From contig JBGTHM010000049.1 of assembly GCA_041746255.1 (NCBI GenBank), positions 1-33,791 on the forward strand: a DNA stretch of 33,791 bases, read 5' to 3'. Position numbers and translations under genes: made by a program. The notes below the pieces were generated by a model, which did not search any database, was not told the origin of the DNA, and saw only the letters and a program-made list of their open reading frames with translations. Shown one piece after another: positions 8,439-17,765 of this stretch. How positions within the stretch are numbered: position 1 is the first letter of the stretch; each line of letters starts with the position of its first letter. This stretch comes from Fibrobacteria bacterium. GTDB lineage: Bacteria; Fibrobacterota; Fibrobacteria; UBA11236.

Positions 8439-9686
8439 ATGTCCCGTGCCCATTTTCTCCGAATTGTGTTTCTTCTACTCCTATCGGCCTTACATGCCAC
8501 GTTCGCATTTGAAACGGCCTCGCCAGGTCTGGATAAATGTGGATTCCATCCGGTTTTGGCGAAGGGAGCAGAGGCCACCGCTGCACCGGAAATCCCGAAA
8601 TGGGGCTACGGCTATGATTCCCTGCTGGCGGATCTTTCCCGCTGGGGAGCCTCTCCGCATGTAACCCTAGACTCCATTGGAGCCAGCGTCGAAGGTCGCG
8701 CCATATGGAGGGTTACAGTGACGGAATCCATCCCTCTTGCCCGCCTGAATGCAACTTCTTCCGTCACGGAAAAGGATAGGGAGAGGATTTTCATCCATGC
8801 CCGCACCCATCCTGCCGAGGTGCAAACCTCCTGGATTATCCGTGAAATGATGTCGTTGCTTCTTGGTGAAAATGAGGAAGCCATCGGCTTGCGGGATCGA
8901 CATATTATTCACCTCATTCCCATGCTGAATCCGGATGGGGTCGAATTGGAAAAGCCCCGGGAGAACGCCAACGACATCGATCTCGAGAGTAATTGGAATA
9001 AAGACGTTTTGGAGCCGGAAGTGGCCGCGCTCAAATCCCATTTTATCGGATTGATGGAGGAACAAAATCCCATTCGGGTGGCACTTAATTTGCATTCGGA
9101 CCAATTCAATTGTACGCGGTTCTTTTTCTTTCACCATGCCAATGGAACCTCGGAAAAATTCGTGGAGTTGCAAAAAAATTTCATTGGCAAGGTTCGGGAA
9201 TACTTTTCCCCGGGCATCGAGCCTTGGCATTTTGTAGTGAGTTGGCAGGGAGGAACGGGTTTGCAATATCCCGAAGGGTTTTTCTGGAGCCATTATCGGG
9301 AATCGGTGATGGCACTTACCTTCGAAGATGCTAATTGCCCTACTGCGAGTGAATTCGATAGCACGGCGCGAGCCCTGTTGTTGGGGGCTGCGGATTATGC
9401 GCGGGAGCCGCCGCAAAGTATTCGCCGCCCTGCGGAACCTACGGTCTGGCGCGCCCTGCCGTTACCGGGCGGCATCCGACTGGCCGCTCCCTCGGGCCAA
9501 TCGTTGGATGGTGTGTTCTGGGAATTGACCGATGCAAAAGGCCGTCGCTTGGCGTCGGGTGTTTTTAAACCGGACGGTTTTCTGCCTATTCAGCGACAAT
9601 TCCCGGTAGGAAGCCCAGTTTTTTTGGGCCTTGATGCCAAAGCAGGCAAAACGGTATTGAAGATTTGGGGAAAGGAGCCGTTTTAG
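8439..9686 (+). CDS. Secreted M14-family zinc carboxypeptidase with a small C-terminal beta domain
   Basis: IGASVEGR, HARTHPAE (HxxE), PMLNPDG, RENANDIDL, LNLHSD and a downstream Glu. Signal peptide from the ATG at 8439; the track start at 8250 overlaps gph. Confidence 0.88.
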   Translation: MSRAHFLRIVFLLLLSALHATFAFETASPGLDKCGFHPVLAKGAEATAAPEIPKWGYGYDSLLADLSRWGASPHVTLDSIGASVEGRAIWRVTVTESIPLARLNATSSVTEKDRERIFIHARTHPAEVQTSWIIREMMSLLLGENEEAIGLRDRHIIHLIPMLNPDGVELEKPRENANDIDLESNWNKDVLEPEVAALKSHFIGLMEEQNPIRVALNLHSDQFNCTRFFFFHHANGTSEKFVELQKNFIGKVREYFSPGIEPWHFVVSWQGGTGLQYPEGFFWSHYRESVMALTFEDANCPTASEFDSTARALLLGAADYAREPPQSIRRPAEPTVWRALPLPGGIRLAAPSGQSLDGVFWELTDAKGRRLASGVFKPDGFLPIQRQFPVGSPVFLGLDAKAGKTVLKIWGKEPF

Positions 9687-9746
9687 TCGGATTGGCAGCG
9701 ATTATCTCCCTTCCGAAAGATATACCCTCAGTTTAACTTTTTTATC

Positions 9747-10178
9747 ATGCGATGGATACCAACCCCGAGAGCCCCCAGGATATTTTACCTGCCCGTCTTA
9801 GCCACGGCTCTGCTGGTTGCCGGTGTGGGGCAGACCGGAGCCGAAACCAGCGGATATCAAAGACACGCCACTTTGGGGTGGTTCGCACTTGGCTCCTGGT
9901 CGTTGGCGGGTATTCTCTATGGCTTGGAGGCGAACGATCCAGCCGCCCGAAAGATATCTAAGTTACCGAATAAAGATTTTCACACCGAGCAAGGGGATTT
10001 ACGGATGGCCATCGGGGCATCCGTTATGATGGGCGTAGTCTCGGGTCTTTCCTACCTATATTACGCCGATTCGGGGCGCGGGAGATATCCTTGGGACGCA
10101 ATCGCAATTCCCGTCGAAACCTCTCCCGGCAGATGGGGCGTCGCAGCCCGGATCCATATGGGTTATCCCGCACTTTGA
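9747..10178 (+). CDS. Hypothetical membrane/exported protein
   Basis: Signal peptide plus two hydrophobic helices; fills the gap between the M14 gene and nadA. Confidence 0.6.
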   Translation: MRWIPTPRAPRIFYLPVLATALLVAGVGQTGAETSGYQRHATLGWFALGSWSLAGILYGLEANDPAARKISKLPNKDFHTEQGDLRMAIGASVMMGVVSGLSYLYYADSGRGRYPWDAIAIPVETSPGRWGVAARIHMGYPAL

Positions 10179-10242
10179 ATCAGCTGTGCCCCAGGGAGAC
10201 CTCCGGTTTAAGTGCCTATGTATGTAAATTTCTTCCATTGCC

Positions 10243-11286
10243 ATGCTAACCGCGCCTGAATTATTTGACCGTCTGAAAGCCTCTAAAATAGGCGGTTCGG
10301 CTTGCACCTATACTCTCGCAAAATGCGAGGAATTGGTGCCGGTTATCAACGCCATTAATGAAATCAAAAAACAGCGTAATGCCGTTATTTTGGCTCATTC
10401 CTACGTAAGCCCCGATATCGTCTATGGCGTAGCCGATTTTGTAGGCGATTCCTACGGTCTCAGCAAGGACGCCGCCGCTACTGGGGCCGATACCATTATT
10501 TTTGCAGCGGTGCGTTTCATGGGCGAAACTGCCAAGATACTGAGCCCCCAAAAGCAGGTTTTGATTCCCGCCACCGATCCGGGGTGTTCGTTGGCCGATT
10601 CCGTTACAGCAGAAGATGTACGGCGCTACAAGGCGCTGCATCCCGAGCATACCTTCGTCTGTTATATCAACACCACCGCCGAAGTGAAGGCCGAATGCGA
10701 TGTTTGCGTTACGTCTTCCAATGTCTACAATATCGTCGAAGCCATTCCCAACGACAAGATTTTTTTTCTACCCGACCGGCTTATGGGTCTCAACTTACGC
10801 GAAGAGATGGTAAGGCGCGGTGTAGCTAAGCAAATCCTGTTGCATGAAGGTGTTTGCTATGTGCATGAGCAATATGATCCGGAAATGATCCTGTTCATGC
10901 GGTCCAAGTTCTCCAACCTGAAGGTGGTAAGTCATCCCGAATGCAGTCCATCCGTATTGAAACAGTCCGACTATGTCGGCAGTACCAGTCAAATGCTCGA
11001 TTATGTCAAGGCCAGTAAGGACAAGGAGTTCCTCATGCTGACCGAATGCGGACTGGCTTCGCGCCTTGAAGTCGAGTTGCCGGGGAAACGCTTCGTCGGA
11101 TCCTGCACGTTGTGCCGTTATATGAAATCGAATTCATTACGCGAAATCCTACGGGTGCTTATCAATCCCCGACCGGAGGACCGCATTGAAATTGACGAAG
11201 AAGTGCGCCTTCGCGCAAAAAAATGTATTGACGCGATGTTCGAATTCGCGGAGCCACCGGTTTTCCTGCCCGGCTCCTGTGATTGA
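10243..11286 (+). CDS. nadA: Quinolinate synthase
   Basis: ILAHSY, ADFVGDS, VRFMGETAKILSP, three Fe-S Cys (GCSLAD, VCYVH, CRYMK), SHPEC, GSTS. Confidence 0.96.
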   Translation: MLTAPELFDRLKASKIGGSACTYTLAKCEELVPVINAINEIKKQRNAVILAHSYVSPDIVYGVADFVGDSYGLSKDAAATGADTIIFAAVRFMGETAKILSPQKQVLIPATDPGCSLADSVTAEDVRRYKALHPEHTFVCYINTTAEVKAECDVCVTSSNVYNIVEAIPNDKIFFLPDRLMGLNLREEMVRRGVAKQILLHEGVCYVHEQYDPEMILFMRSKFSNLKVVSHPECSPSVLKQSDYVGSTSQMLDYVKASKDKEFLMLTECGLASRLEVELPGKRFVGSCTLCRYMKSNSLREILRVLINPRPEDRIEIDEEVRLRAKKCIDAMFEFAEPPVFLPGSCD

Positions 11287-11325
11287 AAATCGCCGCCCGG
11301 CTTCGGTCGGCAGAAGGAATCTCCA

Positions 11326-11844
11326 ATGTCCACGCGACTTTTCATGGCTCTTAATTTTACGGTAAGCTCGGCGGCCGTCGCGTTGCTGGTTTGGCTGATT
11401 TATTTTCGAGAGGCCCAACAGGCGGCCTTTTCCCTCGGATTCCTTCCCGCGGTTAACGCCGGGTTGAACGGAATGAGCGCGCTTTTTCTTATCAGGGGCA
11501 TGCTGGCCATTCACAAGGGACGCCGCGAATTGCATGAAGCCTGTATGAAACTGGCGATGGTTTTTTCGGCTTTGTTTCTGGTATCCTATATTCTTTACCA
11601 CACCTTCCATGGCGATACCCTGTTTCAAGGCCAGGGCTTCATCCGCCCGGTATACTTCTTCATCCTGATTTCACATATCGTGCTGTCAATTGCGGTTCTG
11701 CCCATGGTATTCACCTCTTTTTTCTTTGCGCTGAGAGGAAATTTTCCGGCTCACAAGAAAATTTCCCGATTCACTTTCCCCCTTTGGTTTTATGTCTCGG
11801 TCACGGGAGTCGCGATCTTTGTCTTACTCAAAATCCACTCCTGA
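11326..11844 (+). CDS. ctaM: DUF420/CtaM family membrane protein (oxidase assembly)
   Basis: LPAVNAGLNG, FLVSYILYH, YFFILISHIVLS, HKKISRFTFPLWFYVSVTGV. Confidence 0.88.
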   Translation: MSTRLFMALNFTVSSAAVALLVWLIYFREAQQAAFSLGFLPAVNAGLNGMSALFLIRGMLAIHKGRRELHEACMKLAMVFSALFLVSYILYHTFHGDTLFQGQGFIRPVYFFILISHIVLSIAVLPMVFTSFFFALRGNFPAHKKISRFTFPLWFYVSVTGVAIFVLLKIHS

Positions 11845-11904
11845 AGAGGCCGGCGCGCTGGCATCTCTGGGGCGAGGAATCGGCGGAGAGAATGGTTGCC
11901 GTTC

Positions 11905-12894
11905 ATGAAAAATGCTAATTTGACGTCAGATACCGTAAACCCGAGCGTGAAAGAACCTGTGACCTTCTCTGCGGCATTGAAGTATCGAGCCGGACTGCAT
12001 TATTTCGCGGTAGCCCTCAGTGCGGTGACACTTTTCCTGCTTTTCATAGGCGGAATGGTAACCAGCACCGATTCAGGGCTTTCCGTTCCGGATTGGCCGA
12101 CAACCTATAATTACAATATGTTCACCTTTCCACCTTCAATGATGGTGGGTGGGATATTCTACGAACATGGACATCGCTTGGTCGCTTCCCTGGTGGGAAT
12201 GCTGGTGATAATCCTGTGCGTCGCCCTTTTTCGCTTCGAGACCCGCTCCTGGTTGCGGTGGACGGGGATCGGCACCTTGTTGCTGGTTATTCTCCAGGGG
12301 ATTCTGGGAGGAATCACCGTCATTTACAAGCTACCGGCCCTGGTTTCGGTCGTTCACGCATCGGTGGCCGAGCTCTTCTTTCTGCTCACCGTATTACTGG
12401 CCTTTGCGACCTCCAGGACCTGGATGGCAGCGGGCCCGATGGTTGCTCCGGACACGAGTCGCATTCGGCTTTCGCTGATCTTCTGCGTTGCCGTCTTCCT
12501 GCAAATCATCGCCGGTGCGATCATTAGGCACAATGCGGCTGGCATGGCCATTCCCACTTTTCCCATGGCCTTTGAAGGCTGGCTCCCACCGTTCTGGAAT
12601 TCCGGGATTTTCTTCCACTTTCTCCACAGCCGCATCGGAGCGCTGGCCATCGTCATTTTAGGAGGGGTATTGGCTTTCAGGCTGCTATCCGTAAAGACCG
12701 CCCACGTTTTATTCCATCGCGGTCTCGGCATTCTCCTGTTTTTGCTTTTGACCTTGCAAATAGTTCTTGGAGCTTTCACCATTTGGAGCGGGAAGCAAGC
12801 CCTTATCACTTCCCTCCATATGGCGGTCGGAGCCTTGATATTCGGGGTCAGTTTTTTAACCTTCCTGGCATTTTGCCGATTACAGGGCCGGTGA
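11905..12894 (+). CDS. ctaA: Heme A synthase (COX15/CtaA)
   Basis: GGMVTSTDSGLSVPDWP, EHGHR and four conserved His in about 8 TM helices. The exact start is uncertain (11896/11905/11947). Confidence 0.9.
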   Translation: MKNANLTSDTVNPSVKEPVTFSAALKYRAGLHYFAVALSAVTLFLLFIGGMVTSTDSGLSVPDWPTTYNYNMFTFPPSMMVGGIFYEHGHRLVASLVGMLVIILCVALFRFETRSWLRWTGIGTLLLVILQGILGGITVIYKLPALVSVVHASVAELFFLLTVLLAFATSRTWMAAGPMVAPDTSRIRLSLIFCVAVFLQIIAGAIIRHNAAGMAIPTFPMAFEGWLPPFWNSGIFFHFLHSRIGALAIVILGGVLAFRLLSVKTAHVLFHRGLGILLFLLLTLQIVLGAFTIWSGKQALITSLHMAVGALIFGVSFLTFLAFCRLQGR

Positions 12895-12916
12895 GGAAAA
12901 AGGAAGTTTACAGGAA

Positions 12917-13819
12917 ATGCAATCCATAGCTGGTGAACGGCACGGCACCTCTCCCAAACCCGCCAAAATGGGCGGTTTCCTTGAGTTGCTTAAATTGCGG
13001 ATGGCGGTGCAGATCCTCTTCACCACTTTCGTTGGCTATCTACTGGGTACGGAAGACGATTTTCTTTTCTCGCGGCTCTTCCACGTCATGCTCGGTACCG
13101 CGTTGCTTGTAATCGGCTCTTTCGCCCTCAATCAAGCCATTGAGAAGCGCTACGACAAATTAATGACGCGGACCCGGGCCAGGCCGGTTCCCAGTGAAAG
13201 GGTAGGGCAGATGGAAGCTTTTTCCTTCGGTATGCTCTGTTTTTTCGCCGGAACCGGATATTTATTTTTCATGGTCAATCCGCTGACGGGTATCCTGGGT
13301 GCGGCGGCCCTGGTTTTATATGCCGCGGTATATACTCCGCTCAAGCGCTTTTCCAGCTTGAATACCCTAATCGGAGCCGTACCCGGCGCGCTTCCTCCGC
13401 TTATGGGCTGGACTGCCGCCCAGAACTCACTTGGATACGGAGGACTGGTCTTGTTCTTCCTATTATTCTTTTGGCAGATTCCGCATTTTCTGGCCCTGGC
13501 ATGGATGTATAAGGAAGATTACACCGCCGGCGGATTTCGCATGCTCAGTGTTACCGATCCGAGCGGCGACGCCTGCTTCAGGCATATTCTTTTGCAAACA
13601 CTCTGTCTCATTCTGGTTTCCCTTTTTCCTTTCGTGGCCGGACTCGCCGGACCTTATTATTTGGTCGTCGCCCTGGTAGCGGGAGCATATTTTCTGTATA
13701 CCGGGGTCATATTATTTCGTGAGAGAACCCGGGAGGCCGCCAAGAGAGTTTTCCTGGCTTCGTTGGTCTACCTTCCGAGCCTGCTGGCCATGCTGATTTT
13801 AAGTAAGATGGTGCGATAG
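12917..13819 (+). CDS. ctaB: Protoheme IX farnesyltransferase (heme O synthase)
   Basis: DKLMTRTRARP, YTPLKR, GAVPGALPPLMGW, FWQIPHFLALAWMYKEDY. Confidence 0.96.
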   Translation: MQSIAGERHGTSPKPAKMGGFLELLKLRMAVQILFTTFVGYLLGTEDDFLFSRLFHVMLGTALLVIGSFALNQAIEKRYDKLMTRTRARPVPSERVGQMEAFSFGMLCFFAGTGYLFFMVNPLTGILGAAALVLYAAVYTPLKRFSSLNTLIGAVPGALPPLMGWTAAQNSLGYGGLVLFFLLFFWQIPHFLALAWMYKEDYTAGGFRMLSVTDPSGDACFRHILLQTLCLILVSLFPFVAGLAGPYYLVVALVAGAYFLYTGVILFRERTREAAKRVFLASLVYLPSLLAMLILSKMVR

Positions 13820-13885
13820 CATCGGTTCCCAAATTCCCAAGGACGTTCATGAATGAGAATTGGCAAAATGTCCAGATGTTCGCTA

Positions 13886-13914
13886 TTGAAAAGTGGAATC
13901 CTTGAAAGTATAAT
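13886..13914 (+). promoter_or_regulatory. Sigma70-type promoter of the act-cox operon
   Basis: TTGAAA (13886-13891), a 17-nt spacer and TATAAT (13909-13914), about 100 nt upstream of actA. Confidence 0.75.
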
Positions 13915-14016
13915 TTGGCGTGTTTGGAAAAATCATTCGCAAGCAATTTTGCCGGCACCTTTAGCTTCATCTTTAACATCAATCAGGGGTAAATCCCTTC
14001 CCGGGAGAGCGGATTA

Positions 14017-14658
14017 ATGGTATTCCCGCGATGGACGAACAAGGTACCGTTCTGGTTACTCGTAACCTTAGCTGTACTCGCTTGCTCGATTGTCTTCATT
14101 TTCTGGTATTGGGGCAGCCCAAAACATCTTGAGGTTGGCTATCAGCCTCAACAGCCCATCAACTTCAGTCATAAGCTGCATGCGGGCCAAATGGGAATGG
14201 ATTGTCGCTATTGCCACCATACGGTGGATAAGGGTAAGTTCGCTGGTGTTCCGGCCACGGAAACCTGCCTGAACTGTCATACCCAAATCAAGCAAGATGC
14301 TCCCGATATCGTGAAGCTGCGTGAATTCCATGCCGCAGGCAAGCCGGTTCCTTGGGTACGCATTCACAAACTTCCGGATTACGTTTATTTCGACCATAGC
14401 GCCCATGTAAACAAAGGGGTCAGTTGCATAAGCTGCCATGGCCGCGTGGACCAAATGGATGTCGTGCGTCAGGTTGAGCCTCTCAGTATGGCGTGGTGTA
14501 TGGATTGCCATCAGGCTCCTGCCGCGAATATCCGGGATAAGGATTTGATTACCAAGCTGAGTTGGACCCCCGAGGGCGATGCGCTCGAAAATGGACGCAA
14601 ATTCATGGATATGTACCACGTTAAACCCCGGACGGATTGCACGACATGTCACCGCTGA
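14017..14658 (+). CDS. actA: Alternative complex III pentaheme cytochrome c subunit
   Basis: One TM helix, QPINFSHKLH, and five CxxCH motifs (CRYCH, CLNCH, CISCH, CMDCH, CTTCH). Confidence 0.95.
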   Translation: MVFPRWTNKVPFWLLVTLAVLACSIVFIFWYWGSPKHLEVGYQPQQPINFSHKLHAGQMGMDCRYCHHTVDKGKFAGVPATETCLNCHTQIKQDAPDIVKLREFHAAGKPVPWVRIHKLPDYVYFDHSAHVNKGVSCISCHGRVDQMDVVRQVEPLSMAWCMDCHQAPAANIRDKDLITKLSWTPEGDALENGRKFMDMYHVKPRTDCTTCHR

Positions 14659-17600
14659 ATCTTGATCCCAAAAAAGCCGCTCCCACCCAGTGGAGAAGCC
14701 TGGACGAGCTCGCCATGAGCCCTGAATTCCAGGCCGGGTTGGAACGTGAATTTCCCGAAGGCGCCTCCGAGGCAACCGAATTGGATCGTCGTCAGTTTCT
14801 GCAGGTGATGGGCGCCTCCTTTGCGCTGGCAGGCCTAACCGGTTGTGATGTGGTCCGTCGTCCCAAACACGAAATTCTCCCCTATAACAATGCGCCCGAA
14901 CACTTGATACCGGGCAAACCTCAGTTTTACGCGACCACGGTTACCGTAGGCGAAGAGGTGATGGGTGTATTGGTAGAAAGCCACCAAGGGCGTCCCACAA
15001 AAATAGAGGGAAACCCCCAACATCCATCCAGCCAGGGCGCTACGGGAAAACTCCAGCAGGCATCGATCCTCGACCTTTATAGCCCCAATCGAAGCCAAAA
15101 GGTCCTGAAAAACGGGGCTTCTTCAACTTGGGATGCTTTTTGGGGAGGAATGGCTCCCGTAATCGATGGGTTTCGCGCGAATGGCGGAGAAGGGCTGCGA
15201 ATCCTGAGTGGATATATCGTCTCACCTTCGTTCGCGGCCATCAAGCAGCATATTTTACGAGAATTTCCGAAAGCAAAATGGGTTGTCTATGAACCCGTCA
15301 ATCGGGACAATGCCCGAATCGGGTTGCTGGGCGCGGTGGGAAAACCCGTCGATGCCCATTACCGCATTGAATCCGCGAAACGCATTCTTTCTGTGGACAG
15401 TGATTTTCTTGAATCCGAATTAAATCATGTAGCCCATGCGCGAGCCTTTGCTAAAACCCGCAATCCCGATTTGGGAAAAGCTGGGATGAGCCGTCTTTAC
15501 CTCATGGAGGCGAGGTATTCCGTAACCGGCGGCGTGGCCGATCATCGCATTCGCGTTAAGCCGAGCATGATTCCTGCCGCATTGGCGCTTGTAGCGCGCG
15601 AATTGGCCAATCAAGGTTTAACTTTTCAGTCGGGTGAAACACAATTGATTGACTCGGCTCTGTCCGCGAGTAACGGGACTATTGCCGAATTTTCTCCCCA
15701 GCTTATTTCCGAACTCGCTGCCGATTTGGCCGCCCACCGTGGCGCCTCCCTCATTCTAGTCGGTAAGCATCAGCCTCCATTGGTACATGCCCTGGGTCAT
15801 GCGGTAAACCGCCTTTTGGGCAATGTGGGAACAACCGTTCTATACAAGATTTCACCCACTTTTGCTTTCAACCAAGACTCACCTGCTTCAGCGGTTGCCA
15901 TACGCGATCTCGCGGCTGACATGGAAAAGGGAGTAGTTGATACCCTGTTGATGATCGACGCTAATCCGGTTTTTACCGCGCCGGCCGACATACAATTCAC
16001 TTCGCACTTGTCTAAAGTAAGGCATTCTGTGCATTTGGGTGGCGAGGTCAACGAATCGGCTCAGGCCGCACTTTGGCATATTCCCCAGTCGCATTACCTG
16101 GAACATTGGGACGACGCCATAAGTTTCGACGGAACCACCAGCATTGCGCAACCATTGATATCACCCCTATATACGACCTTTTCCAAATCCGAAGTGTTGG
16201 CCAAACTTTTTGACTATCGCTATCGCGAGAGCTTGGATATCGTTAAAGGCCATTGGATGAGCCGGAGTGGAGCATTAGGCTTTGAGATCGCCTGGCGCCG
16301 GTGGTTGCATGACGGCATTATCGAAACCGGAGCGCTTCCGGATTCGGGACCGGGCTCAAGTTCCGGTATGGACGCTTTTTTGAAGGCGCATTCGAGTAGT
16401 GATGAGGGATCGCGCGAAGGTGGAATCGAACTAATGCTCTTTGAGCATCCAAATGTTCATGATGGAAGGTTCGCATCCAATTCCTGGCTACAAGAACTGC
16501 CTGAACCCATTACCAAATTGTGCTGGGATAATGCGGCATATATCGGGCCCAGCCTGGCACAAAAGCTGGGGATCAAAGACCAAATCATTTTGAAAAATGA
16601 TAAGGGCGTCCCCATGGGTCAATACGATAAGCCCATGATCAAGGTGACGCGCGGCGGGCATTCCCTTTCTCTGCCGGCATGGATTCTACCCGGAATGGCG
16701 GATGAAACCGTTGTCATCCACTTGGGATATGGCCGTAAAAAAGGGCCTGGAATCGCCGAGGGAGCCGGTTTTGACGCCTACCCCTTGCTCGACAAGCGTG
16801 TGGGACAGCCCCTATCCGTGCAAGTCGAGGTGACGGGCTCCACATATACATTAGCCTGCACCCAAGACCATTGGTCCATGGAATCCAGACCCATCGTTCG
16901 TGAAGGAGACCTCGAGCTTTATGAACGTCGGCCAAATTTTTCCGCTGACGAATTCATGAATCCTCATCCTCCGCTAGCTTCACTATGGGAAGAGCATGAC
17001 TATTCCAAGGGAATGCAATGGGGCATGACCATCGATCTGAATAGTTGCAATGGATGTTCCGTTTGCGTAGTGGCTTGCCAGGCGGAAAACAATATTCCGG
17101 TTGTGGGTAAAGGCCAGGTAATTCGTGGACGTGAGATGCACTGGATACGGTTGGACCGGTATTTTACGGGTGATGTGGACGATCCCGGACTCGTTTTCCA
17201 GGCCATGCTCTGCCAACATTGCGAAAATGCCCCCTGCGAAGCGGTATGCCCCGTATCCGCTACGGTTCACTCCAAGGAGGGCCTGAACGAAATGGTTTAT
17301 AACCGGTGCATAGGGACGCGCTATTGTTCGAATAACTGCCCATATAAAGTTCGCCGATTCAATTTTTCCAATTTGACGAATCATTATTCCGAATCCGAAA
17401 AAATGCAGAAAAACCCGGACGTCACCGTACGCTTTCGGGGTGTCATGGAAAAATGCACCTATTGTGTGCAACGCATCGAGCAGGCGCGTATTGGTTTCAA
17501 AAACAAAGGTAACGAAGTCATTCCGGATGGAGCGATAGTACCCGCCTGTGCCCAGGCCTGCCCAACCGATGCCATTGTTTTCGGTAATATCAATGATCCG

Positions 17601-17744
17601 AAAAGCCGGGTTGCCGTCCTGAAAGCCCATCCTCGTAATTATGGGGTTCTGACAGAGCTTAACACCAAGCCCAGAACCACGTACCTGGCCAAGGTACGAA
17701 ACCCAAATCCGGCTATACTCAAATTATCTCGGTCAGCGACTTAG
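14646..17744 (+). CDS. actB: Alternative complex III subunit B (molybdopterin-oxidoreductase-like plus Fe-S domain)
   Basis: WRSLDEL/REFPEGA leader, Tat motif RRQFL, lipobox LTGC, GRPTKIEGNP, and C-terminal Fe-S motifs CNGCSVCVVAC, CQHCENAPCEAVCP, CIGTRYCSNNCP, KCTYC..CAQACP. Start set to the ATG at 14646. Confidence 0.95.
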   Translation: MSPLNLDPKKAAPTQWRSLDELAMSPEFQAGLEREFPEGASEATELDRRQFLQVMGASFALAGLTGCDVVRRPKHEILPYNNAPEHLIPGKPQFYATTVTVGEEVMGVLVESHQGRPTKIEGNPQHPSSQGATGKLQQASILDLYSPNRSQKVLKNGASSTWDAFWGGMAPVIDGFRANGGEGLRILSGYIVSPSFAAIKQHILREFPKAKWVVYEPVNRDNARIGLLGAVGKPVDAHYRIESAKRILSVDSDFLESELNHVAHARAFAKTRNPDLGKAGMSRLYLMEARYSVTGGVADHRIRVKPSMIPAALALVARELANQGLTFQSGETQLIDSALSASNGTIAEFSPQLISELAADLAAHRGASLILVGKHQPPLVHALGHAVNRLLGNVGTTVLYKISPTFAFNQDSPASAVAIRDLAADMEKGVVDTLLMIDANPVFTAPADIQFTSHLSKVRHSVHLGGEVNESAQAALWHIPQSHYLEHWDDAISFDGTTSIAQPLISPLYTTFSKSEVLAKLFDYRYRESLDIVKGHWMSRSGALGFEIAWRRWLHDGIIETGALPDSGPGSSSGMDAFLKAHSSSDEGSREGGIELMLFEHPNVHDGRFASNSWLQELPEPITKLCWDNAAYIGPSLAQKLGIKDQIILKNDKGVPMGQYDKPMIKVTRGGHSLSLPAWILPGMADETVVIHLGYGRKKGPGIAEGAGFDAYPLLDKRVGQPLSVQVEVTGSTYTLACTQDHWSMESRPIVREGDLELYERRPNFSADEFMNPHPPLASLWEEHDYSKGMQWGMTIDLNSCNGCSVCVVACQAENNIPVVGKGQVIRGREMHWIRLDRYFTGDVDDPGLVFQAMLCQHCENAPCEAVCPVSATVHSKEGLNEMVYNRCIGTRYCSNNCPYKVRRFNFSNLTNHYSESEKMQKNPDVTVRFRGVMEKCTYCVQRIEQARIGFKNKGNEVIPDGAIVPACAQACPTDAIVFGNINDPKSRVAVLKAHPRNYGVLTELNTKPRTTYLAKVRNPNPAILKLSRSAT

Positions 17745-17765
17745 GCATACGGGAGCCAACGGAAA

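Noticed and set aside
13820..14016. FNR/CRP-type box upstream of actA
   Set aside because: Only poor partial matches to TTGAT-N4-ATCAA; short repeats (TTCCCAA x2, TTGAAA x2) are not convincing on their own.
14646..17744. ActB as a true molybdoenzyme (nitrate/polysulfide reductase)
   Set aside because: Context (actA, C, D, E, F) and the fused Fe-S domain identify it as ACIII subunit B, which is known to lack the Mo cofactor.
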